Position numbers and translations under genes: made by a program. The notes beneath the pieces were generated by a model. The model was not told where the DNA came from. It worked only from the letters and a program-made list of their open reading frames with translations, and searched no databases. From Candidatus Bathyarchaeia archaeon (GTDB taxonomy: Archaea; Thermoproteota; Bathyarchaeia; Bathyarchaeales; Bathycorpusculaceae): a DNA stretch of 64,000 bases. The stretch's first letter is position 1, and each line of letters starts with the position of its first letter. The stretch covers positions 32,001-96,000 of the forward strand of contig JBEKWR010000002.1 in NCBI GenBank assembly GCA_049512935.1, read 5' to 3'. Positions 9,327 to 16,927 of this stretch are shown here, piece after piece.

Positions 9327-9380
9327 TCTGAATGCGGAAGCATCACGGCTCCTGTACCCGAAGGGGGTATTTGCATGCTG
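9327..9380. repeat. Copy A of a 54-nt imperfect direct repeat flanking a vapBC module
   Basis: 43/54 identical, ungapped, to 10301-10354. Confidence 0.8.
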
Positions 9381-9567
9381 TGTGCTACTGCTAGAGCTAG
9401 TGCCCATGTCGTGTCGTCGTGGCTGTTTTGTGGGTGGCTGAACATTAGGTGTCTGTTTTTGGTGTAGGTGTATTGTTGCTCGTTTAGCTGTTAGCAACGC
9501 TCTCAATCGTCGAAGACTTGGATGCCAACAACGTTTTATATACGGACATTGTATATACATTTCTCGT

Positions 9568-9792
9568 ATGTCAGAAGTAATTACTGTTAGAGTCAAAAAG
9601 ACACTGAAAGAAAAAATACGAAAACACAGAATAAACGTCAGCAAAACCGTCAGAGAAGCTCTCGAAGATGAAGTCAAGAAGCGGGAAAACGCTGAACTAT
9701 CCCAAGCCATAACTCAAATGAAAGCTGTCTTACAAAAGATCCCAGATGACGAAATCGTGAAAGCCATAAGGGAATCAAGAGACCAACGATGA
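9568..9792 (+). CDS. VapB-type (RHH/CcdA-like) antitoxin
   Basis: MSEVITVRVKKTLKEKIRKHRINVSKTVREALE; ATGA overlap with the PIN toxin; TGTATATACA palindrome at 9550-9559. Confidence 0.85.
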   Translation: MSEVITVRVKKTLKEKIRKHRINVSKTVREALEDEVKKRENAELSQAITQMKAVLQKIPDDEIVKAIRESRDQR

Positions 9793-10295
9793 AACACTGT
9801 CTGATTGATGCAAGCGCATTCATGCTTTTAATCAAAAAAGCCGACCCCAAAAGCACGATCAAATTCCTCCAAGACTCCAGCATTCTCGATTTAACCTACT
9901 ACGAGGTCGGGAACGCGGTTTGGAAAGAAAGCGTTCTTACAAAGCTGCTAACGCCAGACGCCGCGAAAACCCTACAGAGAACGGCTGAAACCGTTCTGGC
10001 AAAAATCGACCGAATAAGCGGCGAGGCAGATAGCTTCGAAAAAATCATGGAAATAGCCCAACTTGAGAAACTCACTTTTTACGATTCAAGCTACATTCAT
10101 TTCGCCAAAGAAAAAGGGCTCCAACTCATAACCGAAGACAAAGAACTCAAAACAAAAGCTCAAAAATACGTCAAAGCCCAAACCGTGACAACAGCCATTT
10201 TAGGAAAATCGTTCGGCACAGACAGAGAACGCATTAAACCCTTCACGGAAACAGACCGCGGCGAAGACTGCAACGAGTGGAAAAAAGGGTCTTAG
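9789..10295 (+). CDS. vapC: VapC-family PIN toxin with C-terminal extension
   Basis: LIDASA, YEVGNAVWK, LTFYDSSY and LITEDKEL. Confidence 0.9.
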   Translation: MKHCLIDASAFMLLIKKADPKSTIKFLQDSSILDLTYYEVGNAVWKESVLTKLLTPDAAKTLQRTAETVLAKIDRISGEADSFEKIMEIAQLEKLTFYDSSYIHFAKEKGLQLITEDKELKTKAQKYVKAQTVTTAILGKSFGTDRERIKPFTETDRGEDCNEWKKGS

Positions 10296-10300
10296 CCTTT

Positions 10301-10354
10301 TCTGAATGGGGAAGCGTCACGGCTCCGTCTCCTGAACAGGGTGCTTGCATGCTG
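10301..10354. repeat. Copy B of the 54-nt imperfect direct repeat
   Basis: 43/54 identical to 9327-9380. Confidence 0.8.
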
Positions 10355-10386
10355 CGGGAACACTGCTGAAGCCATAGCTAATCTCA

Positions 10387-10640
10387 AAAGTCGCTATCCC
10401 CAAGAGCCTTGCCTTCCAAAGTGGAAAACCAAAACCCAAGCAAACCGAGCATGCCCTGGGAAACCGCCGCGCCCATAACCGACAATAACCTCAACATGCA
10501 GTCAACATTGAAAGTCGCATTCCGCCCATCCCAAAGTCGCAACACGCAAACACCTCCAAACCCCAACCCAAAAAAACAACCCAAAACACAAAGCGCCACG
10601 GCGGAAAGTCGCAACTTTCCCGTAGCAAAAGTCGCAACTT
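10387..10640. repeat. Five AAAGTCGC copies; the last two form AAGT-CGCA-ACTT palindromes
   Basis: Copies start at 10387, 10511, 10533, 10605 and 10628. Confidence 0.7.
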
Positions 10641-10987
10641 AAATTTTTTCAGGAAAAAACAAACCAAAAAATCAGAAAACCGAAATCCACTCATAAGAAA
10701 AACCAAAAAACAAACCCGAAAAACCAGACGACAGATTCGCGTTAGATGGACGACAACAGAAAAATTTTTATGCTCTCACACCCATTTTTTGGTAGGGAGT
10801 GGCGAAGCAATAGTCAAATCCGACGATTTGGCTCCGCCGCGGGCAAATATGCAGCCCTCTTCCTTTCCAAATTCTCGAGAACCTGCTTTCCCAAAGTCAA
10901 AGCATCGGCAACAACAAAGGGAATTTAGTCGAGGGATTAGAAATAGACAATCAACATTCTGTACAAGAACTTTCTGAACTTCAAAAA

Positions 10988-12484
10988 GTGAAGTTGAAAC
11001 TTGAGGAAAACGCAGAAAAATACAGGTATCTCGTCAAGTATGCCCCAGTAGGAATCTGTGAGCTTAATCTTTCACCGCTAAAGTTTGAAAGCGTCAACGA
11101 TTCAGCATGCCAAGCGTTGGGTTACAGCGAGCAAGAACTGCTTGTCATGAACCCGTTTGACCTTCTCTACGGCCCAAGCAAAAAACGCTTCGAAGGGCGA
11201 ATTGCAAAAGTTTTGAAGGGCAAAAGAATCGATGAGCCAGTTGAGTATCATGTTAAGACAAAAGATGGCAGGGGAATTTGGGCTTTCTTCAACTTCAAAT
11301 TCACTTACAAAAATGGGAAACCAGAGAACGGCCTGGCAATTGCACAGAACATTACAGCCCGCAAAAGAACAGAGCAGCAACTTGTCCTGTCAGAAATGAG
11401 ATTCCGAAGGCTCTTTGAGACAACCCGCGATGGAATCATGGCTCGAGACCTGAAAGGGCGAATGATCAACTGTAATTCAGCCTACGCCGAGATGCTCGGT
11501 TACACCAGAAAAGAGTTGAGAAACCTCACGGTTCACCAGCTACTGCCCCCAGAGTGGCATGAGCAAAGGGAAAGAGTCGTCGGCAAAGTGCTACAGACTG
11601 GGCACTCCATAGTTTTCGAAAGGGAATACAAACGCAAAGACGGCTCAGTTTTTCCAGCGTCAGTCCGAACTTGGCGTTTGACCGACGGAAAAGGAAAAGT
11701 GATCGGAATATGGTCCATTGTGCGAGACATCAGCCAGCAGAAGGCACTCCAGAAGAACCTTGAAGAACAAGCTGAGAATCTGGAGCGGCTTGTTGAAAAG
11801 AGAACAAAGCAGCTTAAGGATTCGGAGCGTTTAGCAGCTATCGGCCAAACCGCGGGCATGGTGGGGCATGACCTGCGCAATCCCCTGCAAACAGTCATCG
11901 GCGAGTTGTATCTTGCAAAAGCTGAGGTTGATTCGCTGCCTCAAAACGAGATTAAATGCAATTTGCTTGAGAGCATTCATGTGCTAGAAGAGCAAGCCGT
12001 CTACATGGACAAGATTGTCTCCGACTTGCAAGCCTTCGTGCGACCCGTCAAAATAGTAAAAAACTCAGTTATCCTCAAAGAAGCCGTTAATGACGTTCTC
12101 GCGTCAATCGCTATCCCAGATAACATCGCGGTGCAGATGCAAATTAAAGATAATTTAGCCATTAAAGCCGACCCTCAACTTCTAAAACGGGTTCTCATCA
12201 ACCTGGTGACAAACTCGGTGCAAGCCATGCCGAAGGGCGGAAAACTCTTCATCAAGTCGCAGGTTAACCGTGACGGCTACGTTTCAATCTCCGTGGAAGA
12301 CACAGGCGTGGGGATACCTGAAAAGATTAAACCTAAAATTTTCACTCCACTTTTCACCACCAAACCGAGAGGCCAAGGCTTCGGCTTAGCCGTCTGCAAA
12401 CGGGTGATTGAAGCGCACGGCGGCACCATCAGTTTCGAAAGCCAAGAGGGCAAAGGCGCAAAATTCACGATTCAGTTTCCTTGA
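10988..12484 (+). CDS. Cytoplasmic PAS-PAS sensor histidine kinase
   Basis: Two PAS/PAC domains; H-box GHDLRNPL, N-box NLVTNSVQAM, DTGVGI, PLFTTK and GFGL. Confidence 0.95.
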   Translation: MKLKLEENAEKYRYLVKYAPVGICELNLSPLKFESVNDSACQALGYSEQELLVMNPFDLLYGPSKKRFEGRIAKVLKGKRIDEPVEYHVKTKDGRGIWAFFNFKFTYKNGKPENGLAIAQNITARKRTEQQLVLSEMRFRRLFETTRDGIMARDLKGRMINCNSAYAEMLGYTRKELRNLTVHQLLPPEWHEQRERVVGKVLQTGHSIVFEREYKRKDGSVFPASVRTWRLTDGKGKVIGIWSIVRDISQQKALQKNLEEQAENLERLVEKRTKQLKDSERLAAIGQTAGMVGHDLRNPLQTVIGELYLAKAEVDSLPQNEIKCNLLESIHVLEEQAVYMDKIVSDLQAFVRPVKIVKNSVILKEAVNDVLASIAIPDNIAVQMQIKDNLAIKADPQLLKRVLINLVTNSVQAMPKGGKLFIKSQVNRDGYVSISVEDTGVGIPEKIKPKIFTPLFTTKPRGQGFGLAVCKRVIEAHGGTISFESQEGKGAKFTIQFP

Positions 12485-12486
12485 AG

Positions 12487-12783
12487 TTAAGGCTCAACCA
12501 TTTCTTTCTGCTGTTCGGTGCCTCTGAGCCGTTGCCTCAGCGTGTAGGCGAAGGCGATGAACCAGAAGCCGACGCTTACCCACCCCAGTATGAACCCGAC
12601 GATGTTGCCTAAGATGTAGTAGGCGATTTGGAAGCCCACGAGGGAGACAAACGTTAGGAATGAGCCGGTGATGCTGTAGCCTCGAAGGGCATTTCTGTTT
12701 CTTATGACGGCGCGGAGCATGAGCAGTAGGGCTGTGAAGTTGATGACGCTGGCGATGCTTAACACTAAATTTGCGGTGTTCAT
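12487..12783 (-). CDS. Small three-TM membrane protein
   Basis: Three hydrophobic segments; GAGGG SD-like site upstream. Confidence 0.65.
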   Translation of the reverse strand: MNTANLVLSIASVINFTALLLMLRAVIRNRNALRGYSITGSFLTFVSLVGFQIAYYILGNIVGFILGWVSVGFWFIAFAYTLRQRLRGTEQQKEMVEP

Positions 12784-12917
12784 TTTCCCTCAATTTTCTC
12801 ACTGCCACAACGGCTTTGCTCAACTTAAGACTTGCGTCGCTCAAGTGAGCCGTGGCAAGTAAGATGGTTTAAATTCCATAGTAGCTATTAGCATAGGTGA
12901 CTGAGAAGGGGAAGAGG

Positions 12918-13067
12918 ATGGAACACAAAAAAATGATTTCGGGCGACTGCGTCGGGTGTGCAATGGAGCAGCCATGCGTCAGAACTTACCGAAGGGTTTC
13001 TTTCGGAGAAAAAGTCTACTGCCCAGACGGGACAATGCACCTTGTCGACGAAGCAAGTCTCGCATAG
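12918..13067 (+). CDS. 49-aa CxxC-x5-C...VYCPDGTxH microprotein, paralogue 1 (not in ORF track)
   Basis: MEHKKMISGDCVGCAMEQPCVRTYRRVSFGEKVYCPDGTMHLVDEASLA; purine-rich upstream region; clear paralogue at 41507-41680. Confidence 0.8.
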   Translation: MEHKKMISGDCVGCAMEQPCVRTYRRVSFGEKVYCPDGTMHLVDEASLA

Positions 13068-13272
13068 GCTGGTTCAAAAGGGAATAAAGCTCGTTTTTTG
13101 AGCGTTTTTTGTTGGTATTTGTGGTTGTTTTTGGTTGTAAATACTAGGGTAGGTCTACGGGAAGGGGCGTTTCCAATAGGGCTTGGATCATTTGCTGTTC
13201 GTTGAATGGACGCTGGAAAACGTTTTCTTTCCCTGCAGTTTCCAGATTTTTCGGTGGGTTTCTCTGGGAAAT

Positions 13273-13298
13273 TCAGGTATCAATGGATTTATACCTGA
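13273..13298. promoter_or_regulatory. Inverted-repeat operator overlapping the TATA box of an ArsR-like gene
   Basis: TCAGGTAT-N10-ATACCTGA; TTTATA at 13288-13293; ATG at 13316, consistent with a leaderless transcript. Confidence 0.55.
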
Positions 13299-13315
13299 TC
13301 GGCATCCCTTAACCT

Positions 13316-13648
13316 ATGCGCATCATCGAAAAATACGCGCTGCCTACGCAAACCCGCCTGCTCATCGTAGCGCTGGATAACCCGACCAGGCAAGCCATCC
13401 TCGTCCTGCTCAGCCAATGCCCCGACTTCTCCTTCACCGAAATCCAAAAGACCCTTGGCTTGGAAAAACACGCCCTCACCTTCCACCTCAAAAAACTCTT
13501 CGCCGCCGCCTTGATCGCCCGCCGCCTCGAAGCAGGCACCCACAAATACTCATACTACACCGTAACGCCGCTTGGAAGCCGAATCCTCGCCAGCCTCAGC
13601 AACCCGCCAACGCAGCCAGCACCTAAGAGCACTAAAAATCCGAAGTGA
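13316..13648 (+). CDS. ArsR-family winged-helix transcriptional regulator
   Basis: ALDNPTRQAILVLL...SFTEIQKTLGLEKHALTFHLKKL...YTVTPLG. Confidence 0.82.
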   Translation: MRIIEKYALPTQTRLLIVALDNPTRQAILVLLSQCPDFSFTEIQKTLGLEKHALTFHLKKLFAAALIARRLEAGTHKYSYYTVTPLGSRILASLSNPPTQPAPKSTKNPK

Positions 13649-13792
13649 AGCCAACAACGAAAAATCTCGACTTGATAGGCGTTATTTGAACCTAGACGGC
13701 CTTTCAACCATCTTAGCAATTGCTCCATCGCTTAAAAAAGCAAAACCCATCTTTTGAGGGGGTTACCAAGTTTCGAGCGTTAATCCTCAATT

Positions 13793-14062
13793 TTAGATAA
13801 GTTTTGAGAAGTCATCGTATACTTTCTTTCTGTGACCGACAAAAAGTACGGTTACTTCGCTTCGGTTTGGATCAATTTCATAGATAGCTCGGTAGTCACC
13901 CGACCTTATGCACCAGTAATCTGAAGGGTGTAGCGGTTTTCCCGCTTTGAACGGGTCCTCTGCGAGTTCTCCAAGCGCCTTTTTTAACCTCGCTTGATTT
14001 GCTAGGTCTATCTTCCTTAATTCTTTAGCAGCGTTCGGATGTAGCAAAACCTTGAAAACCAA
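13793..14062 (-). CDS. relE: RelE/ParE-family toxin
   Basis: FKVLLHPNAAKEL, RSGDYRAIYEID and VGHRKKVYD. Confidence 0.9.
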   Translation of the reverse strand: MVFKVLLHPNAAKELRKIDLANQARLKKALGELAEDPFKAGKPLHPSDYWCIRSGDYRAIYEIDPNRSEVTVLFVGHRKKVYDDFSKLI

Positions 14063-14066
14063 AAAC

Positions 14067-14285
14067 CTAAGCTTCCTCTAACGGAACCAACTTTTCTGGA
14101 TGTTTCTTTGCTTCTTCGCTGCGCTTATTTAGAAGCTCATAGAACTTGCGGGTTTTCTCGCGTTCTTCGTAGAGGCTTATTATCGTCTTTATGGCGTCGC
14201 TTCGGCTTTTAAATCGTCCCTCAGCTACCCAACTGTCGATTTCAGCAATCATTTCTTGAGGCAGTCTTAACTGAACTTGAGCCAT
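14067..14285 (-). CDS. Ribbon-helix-helix (CopG-like) antitoxin
   Basis: VQLRLP...EIDSWVAEGRFKSRSDAIK; upstream of relE. Confidence 0.87.
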   Translation of the reverse strand: MAQVQLRLPQEMIAEIDSWVAEGRFKSRSDAIKTIISLYEEREKTRKFYELLNKRSEEAKKHPEKLVPLEEA

Positions 14286-14295
14286 TAAGGGTCAC

Positions 14296-14315
14296 TGTAA
14301 ACAATAGTGTTTACA
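14296..14315. promoter_or_regulatory. Inverted-repeat operator of the RHH-relE operon
   Basis: TGTAAACA-N4-TGTTTACA, 10 nt upstream of the antitoxin ATG. Confidence 0.6.
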
Positions 14316-14394
14316 AATCCACTTAAAGCTTTGCCCAATACAGCCAATACAGCCCTAAGATGAAAATTAACAGCCGAGCTCTACTACAATCTTA

Positions 14395-15090
14395 TTATTT
14401 CGCACGAATAGACGCCCCACACTGCTTGCAGAATGAGGCTTGTGCCTTGTTCTTTGTTCCGCAACGGCTGCAAGTCAACTCTGAAGAAGGAACATTCACC
14501 GTTTCTTCACCAAGTCTTTTGCCGCAGTTCTGGCAGTAGACCGCGTCGATATCGTTGCTGGCGCCGCAAGCCTCGCAGAGAGACGCCGCCTGGTTTTCGC
14601 CGTAAAGCGCGGTCCATTTGCCGGCTATCCAAAGCTTATCTTTCAAGCCCTCCACCGTCGGAATTATCTCGATTAACTGGTCAAACTGCTCTCCATTGGG
14701 AGCAAATTTCGATTCACAATCTTGGCTCAGTATCACAAACTTCGGCGTTTTTCCCCAAACCAACTCGACCTTTTCGATTTCCTCGACTGTATAGAAACAG
14801 CTTTTCTTGCTCAGCTTCAACAGGTCGTCTAAAGAAAGGTCTTTTATTTTTTCATCAATCGATTCCCTGTTCTCCGTCTTTTCCGTGTATTGCGCCACGG
14901 GAGCAGGCACCCCAAACGCTGAAGGCATATAAGAAAGCGTCTCTTCGGTCTCCGACTCAAAACGTTCCGCCCTACCCAAGCAAACAATCCCAACACGCCT
15001 ATCAGTAAAATAAACATCATACCTGGTGCGAACATCAACAGGCAAAACGACATCTTTAACGATTCCCAACAACCTTTCAGAAGTTGACAT
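14395..15090 (-). CDS. Protein with C-terminal double zinc ribbon
   Basis: CEACG..YCQNCG..CSRCG..FCKQCG. Confidence 0.8.
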   Translation of the reverse strand: MSTSERLLGIVKDVVLPVDVRTRYDVYFTDRRVGIVCLGRAERFESETEETLSYMPSAFGVPAPVAQYTEKTENRESIDEKIKDLSLDDLLKLSKKSCFYTVEEIEKVELVWGKTPKFVILSQDCESKFAPNGEQFDQLIEIIPTVEGLKDKLWIAGKWTALYGENQAASLCEACGASNDIDAVYCQNCGKRLGEETVNVPSSELTCSRCGTKNKAQASFCKQCGASIRAK

Positions 15091-15180
15091 GTATTGAGTT
15101 CCTCATCAGATGGTTCTTGTTTTCGCTGATTCATAAGGTTTCTTGTAGGTTATGCTCGCGCGCCTAGTTGGGAGACAAAC

Positions 15181-15231
15181 TGGTGGGACGGGGGGGGATT
15201 TGAACCTATGATCGCATGCGCTCCAAGCGTG
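15181..15231 (-). pseudogene. Degenerate tRNA 3'-half remnant (att-like)
   Basis: Minus strand reads ...GGTTCAAAT-C8-GTCCCACCA (T-loop plus CCA); possible TGG anticodon remnant; no 5' half. Confidence 0.6.
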
Positions 15232-15624
15232 TTACCATGATTCTATTTGCAAGCCCTTTATTCTCTTAAAGTGAACCTGATTACGGGTAACCAGCGTCAA
15301 ACCGTTCTCAACGGCTATTGCAGCTATCATGGCGTCTCTGAAGTCTATTGTTTCCCCTTTGGCCGCCAGTGTCGCAGATATTTCAGCCGCTTTCCTTGAG
15401 GATGCAAAATCTAAAGGAAAAACGGTTAGCCTCTCAAGCAGCTTTGAGGTCTCCTTCAAGTTTTCCTGTTTTCTTTCTGACTTGTTAGCGCCAAAGAAGA
15501 GTTCAAAGGCATTAACCGAAGTAGTTGCGCCCCTGTCTTCTTCATCTATTTTGTCGACTTTTTTCTTTGCCTCTTCTTTGCCGCGTAAGATGGCGATGAG
15601 GATGTCAGTGTCCAGACATTTCAT
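15232..15624 (-). CDS. vapC: VapC-family PIN toxin
   Basis: LDTDILI, FELFFG, DAMIAAIA and LVTRN. Confidence 0.92.
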   Translation of the reverse strand: MKCLDTDILIAILRGKEEAKKKVDKIDEEDRGATTSVNAFELFFGANKSERKQENLKETSKLLERLTVFPLDFASSRKAAEISATLAAKGETIDFRDAMIAAIAVENGLTLVTRNQVHFKRIKGLQIESW

Positions 15625-15844
15625 TGCAAATTCTCTCTTGAGCAGTTTGCCATCCTTTGGCGAGCTCAGCTTTGATGACTTTTTCTTCTTCGTCTGTCAT
15701 TTTCCAGGTTCCGAAGCAATCTGAGATTTTGCCTGACTTCTTGGTTATACGCAGAATGATGTCCGTGAAGCTTTCCTTGCCCGTTTTTTCGCGGCGTAGT
15801 GCTTCGTATGCCTCGTCTTTTATTGAAATGGTTTTTGTGCCCAT
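15605..15844 (-). CDS. vapB: VapB antitoxin (DUF217-like)
   Basis: MGTKTISIKDEAYEALRREK..ESFTDIILR. Confidence 0.88.
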   Translation of the reverse strand: MGTKTISIKDEAYEALRREKTGKESFTDIILRITKKSGKISDCFGTWKMTDEEEKVIKAELAKGWQTAQERICNEMSGH

Positions 15845-15853
15845 AAATATGTA

Positions 15854-15869
15854 TGTGTACATGTACACA
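15854..15869. promoter_or_regulatory. Perfect 16-bp palindromic operator
   Basis: TGTGTACATGTACACA, 9 nt upstream of the vapB ATG (15844). Confidence 0.6.
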
Positions 15870-15921
15870 GATAAACATTGCTCACTTATGATGTGGCAAA
15901 ATAGGGGTGTCTGAATGTTTA

Positions 15922-15962
15922 TGGCGGCGACGTTGGAGTTTGCACCCCGCGGTCTTGGCTTT
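15922..15962 (-). pseudogene. Second, more degenerate tRNA 3'-end remnant
   Basis: Minus strand AAAGCCAAGACCGCGGGGTGCAAACTCCAACGTCGCCGCCA has a T-loop-like GGTGCAAAC and terminal GCCA. Confidence 0.4.
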
Positions 15963-16035
15963 ATCCTATTTTGCTTTTTTGGTAGGAAAATCTTTTAGGG
16001 TAGGATAGTTTTATTCTTAACGAGGAGCAAAAAGC

Positions 16036-16275
16036 ATGCAAACGTTGGATGTCAGTATTGTGAAAGTCACGCGAAGAGGACAGACGACGATTCCTTTGGA
16101 AATCAGGCAAAAATGCGGAATCAAAGAAGGCGACCGCCTGCTCGTCGAACTTACAGACAAAGGGGTACTGTTCAAGCCTATACCGAAACTGCTGGATATG
16201 GCTGGGTTCATGGCTGGACACGGGACGCCTGAGGAAATAAAGAAGGAAATCGACAAGCTTAGAGAAGAGTACTAA
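16036..16275 (+). CDS. AbrB/MazE/SpoVT-family antitoxin
   Basis: VKVTRRGQTTIPLEIRQKCGIKEGD. Confidence 0.9.
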   Translation: MQTLDVSIVKVTRRGQTTIPLEIRQKCGIKEGDRLLVELTDKGVLFKPIPKLLDMAGFMAGHGTPEEIKKEIDKLREEY

Positions 16276-16276
16276 C

Positions 16277-16675
16277 TTGAAAGAAGTCATCGACACAAGA
16301 TTCCTGGCAGAATATTCCAACAGCACAAAGTCAGACGTGATAGAGAAAACGCATCGAAAATTAGACAGCCTAATCTCAAAAAAAGAAGGGATACTTCCTA
16401 CCATAGTTATCGCTGAAATGATACAGATCACCTGCGGAAGACTTGGAAAGGACATGGCTGGAAGCGTTTATCAAGCCCTGATTCAGAGCGGACTGGAAAT
16501 TCAAAATTTAACTCCGCAGATCGCTCAGCAAGCGGGACTTTACAAGTGTGTACACAGAAATTTGCCGATGGGAGATTGTGTAATCGCAGCCACCGCCCTG
16601 TTGAACCATGCAAGAGTTCTGTCAGATGACGCCCATTACGACTGCATAGAGGAAATCAAACGAGTCTGGATCTGA
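16277..16675 (+). CDS. vapC: VapC-family PIN toxin
   Basis: VIDTRF, IAE, MGDCVIAATA and SDDAHY. Confidence 0.88.
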   Translation: MKEVIDTRFLAEYSNSTKSDVIEKTHRKLDSLISKKEGILPTIVIAEMIQITCGRLGKDMAGSVYQALIQSGLEIQNLTPQIAQQAGLYKCVHRNLPMGDCVIAATALLNHARVLSDDAHYDCIEEIKRVWI

Positions 16676-16682
16676 CAAAAAC

Positions 16683-16760
16683 TGGTGGACGAGCCGGGAT
16701 TTGAACCCGGGGCCTCCACGATGCCAACGTGGCGATCATACCAGACTGATCTACTCGCCC
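16683..16760 (-). tRNA. tRNA-Ala(GGC) with encoded CCA
   Basis: GGGCGAG/CTCGTCC acceptor stem with G3:U70; anticodon arm CCACG-TTGGCAT-CGTGG; T-loop GGTTCAAATCC. Confidence 0.97.
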
Positions 16761-16927
16761 AAAGCAGCTGGCTTCTAAACTTTAATCCGCGTCATTTAAT
16801 AAGCGTTTCTTATGCATTTTAAAAAAGAAGCTTAAAGGCGGGCAATGGGCATTTTGTTCAATCGTTAATGTCGGCGTAGCTTTTTATAATGCAATCGCAA
16901 ATAGAGAAGCCAAGCAAGGTGCCACAT

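Noticed and set aside
9324-9710. 128-aa minus-strand ORF
   Set aside because: Largely antisense to the antitoxin gene; only the last 27 codons are of interest and are covered in findings.
10384-10977. Several 60-77 aa ORFs in the spacer before the kinase
   Set aside because: Low-complexity, strand-skewed DNA; no SD sites or recognisable motifs.
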